DNA of 60,459 nucleotides, the filler included. It is 3 parts of 3 records of this genome, joined end to end, with 100 filler letters (N's around TTAATTAATTAA, not from the genome) between each part and the next. Parts side by side here need not be neighbours in the genome. Positions count along the whole stretch, not along the records: positions 30,270 to 60,459 come from DRR723986_10058; 2 more parts are not named here. One strand, given 5' to 3'. Every line of letters starts with the position of its first letter. Positions within the stretch are counted from its first letter, which is position 1. The position numbers and the translations under genes are program-made. Below the pieces are notes generated by a model. It searched no databases and was not told the origin of the DNA. It saw only the letters and a program-made list of their open reading frames with translations. This document shows positions 58,400 to 60,459 of the stretch, piece after piece.

Positions 58400-59440
58400 A
58401 TGATCAACTTGCATAAGCAGTTTGCCAAACTGGCTGTGGCTGCGACTGTCTCCGCAATCGCACTTGGCGGGAGCATGTCGTCCACACTTGCGCAGGAAGT
58501 CACGCTGCGCCTGCACCAGTTCCTGCCGGCTCAGGCCAATGTACCCAAGAACGTTCTCGACCCCTGGGCCGACAAGATCGAAGCGGAATCCGGTGGGCGC
58601 ATCAAGATCGAGCGTTATCCGGCCATGCAGCTGGGCGGCAAGCCGCCGGAGCTGATCGATCAGGTGGTCGATGGTGTCGTTGATATCGTCTGGACCGTTG
58701 CCGGTTACACCCCGGGCCGCTTCCCGCGCGCAGAAGTGTTCGAGCTTCCGTTCACGATGACGGATGCGGAGACCATGTCCCGCGCCTACTGGAAGCTTGC
58801 CGAAGAAACGATGATGGATGAGGACTTCGCGCGCTTCAAGCCGCTGGCCCTCTGGGTTCATGGACCCGGTGTCATCCACTCCAGCAAGCCGATCGTCGCA
58901 CTGTCCGACCTGAACGGCGTCAAGCTGCGTGCACCGACCCGTGTCACCAACAAGCTGTTCTCCAATCTGGGCGCAACGCCGATCGGCATGCCGGTTCCGG
59001 CCATTCCGGAAGCGCTCAGCAAGGGTGTCGTCGATGCGACGGTTATTCCGTGGGAAGTCGTCGGCGCGCTGAAGGTGAACGAGCTGGTCAAGAACCACAC
59101 CGAGTTCCCGGGCAAGGCGCTCTACACCACGTCCTTCATCTTCGGGATGAATAAGGACAAGTACGACAGCCTGCCGGACGACCTGAAGGCCATCATCGAC
59201 GCAAACTCCGGTGAGGAATTCTCTGCCTTCGCCGGCAAGCAGATGCAGGCCGATGATGCCGGCCCGCGGGCCGCAGCCGTGGAGATGGGCAACAACATCA
59301 TCACGCTGACGGACGAGCAGGCTGCCGAGTGGGAAGCCGCCGCTCAGGGCACCATCGACGAGTGGTACGCCGAAATGGATGCCAAGGGCATCGACGGCAA
59401 GGCGCTGCAGGCCCGTGCCGAAGCGCTGATGGCCAACTGA
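58400..59440 (+). CDS. dctP: TRAP transporter substrate-binding protein
   Basis: Signal peptide, YPAMQLGG, YTPGRFP, DLNGVKLR, EALSKGVVD; GGGAGG RBS. Confidence 0.92.
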   Translation: MINLHKQFAKLAVAATVSAIALGGSMSSTLAQEVTLRLHQFLPAQANVPKNVLDPWADKIEAESGGRIKIERYPAMQLGGKPPELIDQVVDGVVDIVWTVAGYTPGRFPRAEVFELPFTMTDAETMSRAYWKLAEETMMDEDFARFKPLALWVHGPGVIHSSKPIVALSDLNGVKLRAPTRVTNKLFSNLGATPIGMPVPAIPEALSKGVVDATVIPWEVVGALKVNELVKNHTEFPGKALYTTSFIFGMNKDKYDSLPDDLKAIIDANSGEEFSAFAGKQMQADDAGPRAAAVEMGNNIITLTDEQAAEWEAAAQGTIDEWYAEMDAKGIDGKALQARAEALMAN

Positions 59441-59453
59441 CCGTCATGAAGCA

Positions 59454-59482
59454 GCCCTCCGGAACCAGGTGTTCCGGAGGGC
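59454..59482 (+). other. Intercistronic stem-loop between dctP and dctQ
   Basis: GCCCTCCGGAAC-CAGGT-GTTCCGGAGGGC perfect 12-bp stem. Confidence 0.65.
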
Positions 59483-59506
59483 ATCCTTCGACAGGATACA
59501 CGTAAA

Positions 59507-60094
59507 ATGCTGCTCACTCTGGTGGAGCGTCTCGCGCGCTTCATGGCGATCCTTGGCGGTCTGGTTCTGACAGCGCTGATCGGGCTGACCTGTGTCAGCG
59601 TGCTTGGTCGCGGGCTGAACACATTCGGTCATTCCGAATTTATGACCTCGCTGTCCGAAAGCGCCGCCAACGCGCTGATCGCGACCGGTGTCGGTCCGGT
59701 TTCCGGCGATTTCGAGCTGGTCGAGGCGGGGATCAGCTTCACCATTTTCGCCTTTCTGCCCATCTGCCAGCTTAAGCGGGGGCACGCCACCGTGGACGTC
59801 TTCGCCGGCAGTTTTCCGCGCTGGATGAACCGGTGGCTGGAAGTCGTGTGGGAGGTTCTCCTCAGCTTGCTGATCTTCCTGATCACCTGGCGGCTGTTCG
59901 TCGGCATGGAAGACAAGATGCGCTACAACGAAACCACCTTCCTGCTGCAGTTTCCGATCTGGTGGGCCTTCGCGCTCAGCTTTGTCGCCGCCGCTGTTGC
60001 CTCCGTCGTCGCGCTCTACTGCGCCGTCGCCAAGGTGCTTGAACTGATCACCGGCCGGCGTTTCACGCCCGATGCCGAGGGAGGGGTCCATTGA
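59507..60094 (+). CDS. dctQ: TRAP transporter small permease
   Basis: Four TM, GDFELVE, GHATVD motif, located after dctP. Confidence 0.88.
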   Translation: MLLTLVERLARFMAILGGLVLTALIGLTCVSVLGRGLNTFGHSEFMTSLSESAANALIATGVGPVSGDFELVEAGISFTIFAFLPICQLKRGHATVDVFAGSFPRWMNRWLEVVWEVLLSLLIFLITWRLFVGMEDKMRYNETTFLLQFPIWWAFALSFVAAAVASVVALYCAVAKVLELITGRRFTPDAEGGVH

Positions 60095-60459
60095 GCCTGC
60101 TTGAACTCGGCTATCTGTCGTTTCCCGTTCTTCTGCTGCTGATCTTCCTGCGGGCGCCGATCGGCCTTGCCATGATGATCTGCGGTCTGGGTGGTCTCTA
60201 TCTTGCGACCGGCAGTTCCAATATCATTCTCGCCAAGCTGAAGTCGGAAACCTATTCCACCTTCTCCAGCTACTCGCTCACGATCATTCCGATGTTCCTG
60301 CTGATGGGGCAGTTCGCGACCCACTCGGGCATGTCGTCGTCTCTCTTCAAGGCCGCCGAAAGCTGGCTCGGCCACCGCAAGGGCGGTGTTGCCATGGCTG
60401 CGGTCGGGGCCTGCGCGGGCTTTGGCGCCATCTGCGGATCGTCGCTGGCAACCGCCGCC
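60091..60459 (+). CDS. dctM: TRAP transporter large permease, N-terminal part (3' truncated; absent from the ORF track)
   Basis: TTG overlapping the dctQ stop; MSLLELGYLSFPVLLLLIFLRAPIGLAMM..IIPMFLLMG..GHRKGGVAMAAVGACAGFGAICGSSLATA. Confidence 0.9.
   Translation, partial: MSLLELGYLSFPVLLLLIFLRAPIGLAMMICGLGGLYLATGSSNIILAKLKSETYSTFSSYSLTIIPMFLLMGQFATHSGMSSSLFKAAESWLGHRKGGVAMAAVGACAGFGAICGSSLATAA

Overview
The window is not one locus. It is three unrelated contigs joined by two artificial 100-bp spacers (44 N + TTAATTAATTAA + 44 N, at 12365-12464 and 30170-30269). Contig A (1-12364) looks like a marine gammaproteobacterium: ubiD end, hemW, nhaA, NUDIX, MscS, ilvD, membrane proteins, SDR, TonB receptor, an unannotated 52-aa Pmp3/YqaE gene, DUF4112 and the ahpF end. 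Contig B (12465-30169) is Marinobacter-like: zapG/yhcB, zapE, thiolase, DUF1302-DUF1329, MalT-like regulator, acyltransferase, Bax-like protein, lipoprotein, YfaZ, yacG, hybrid kinase and tsaA/trmO. Contig C (30270-60459) is alphaproteobacterial (Roseibium/Labrenzia-like by impression only). Its highlight is a ~15.4-kb cluster (33513-48894) built around a 2103-aa protein with no signal peptide, made of about 250 degenerate 8-residue L-[S/T]-x-x-Q-hydrophobic-x-[A/G] repeats. This gene is followed 49 bp later by an OGT/SPINDLY-like GT41 glycosyltransferase. It is surrounded by a dehydrogenase/aminotransferase/N-acyltransferase amino-sugar triad, a beta-keto acid cleavage enzyme, a GT4-like transferase, a methyltransferase and an epimerase. 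Upstream of the repeat gene are a consensus sigma-54 promoter, an IHF-like site and several GGCA-N5-TGCC dyads resembling Caulobacter FlbD ftr enhancers. Together these suggest a dedicated, possibly flagellar-regulon, protein-glycosylation system for a giant repeat glycoprotein (inference). The rest of contig C holds an uncharacterised coiled-coil/putative ATPase operon, a LacI-regulated sugar/polyol ABC operon with a DhaK-DhaL kinase and visible operators, and a TRAP transporter. No rRNA, tRNA, CRISPR or transposase was recognised. All family calls come from motif recognition, without database searches.
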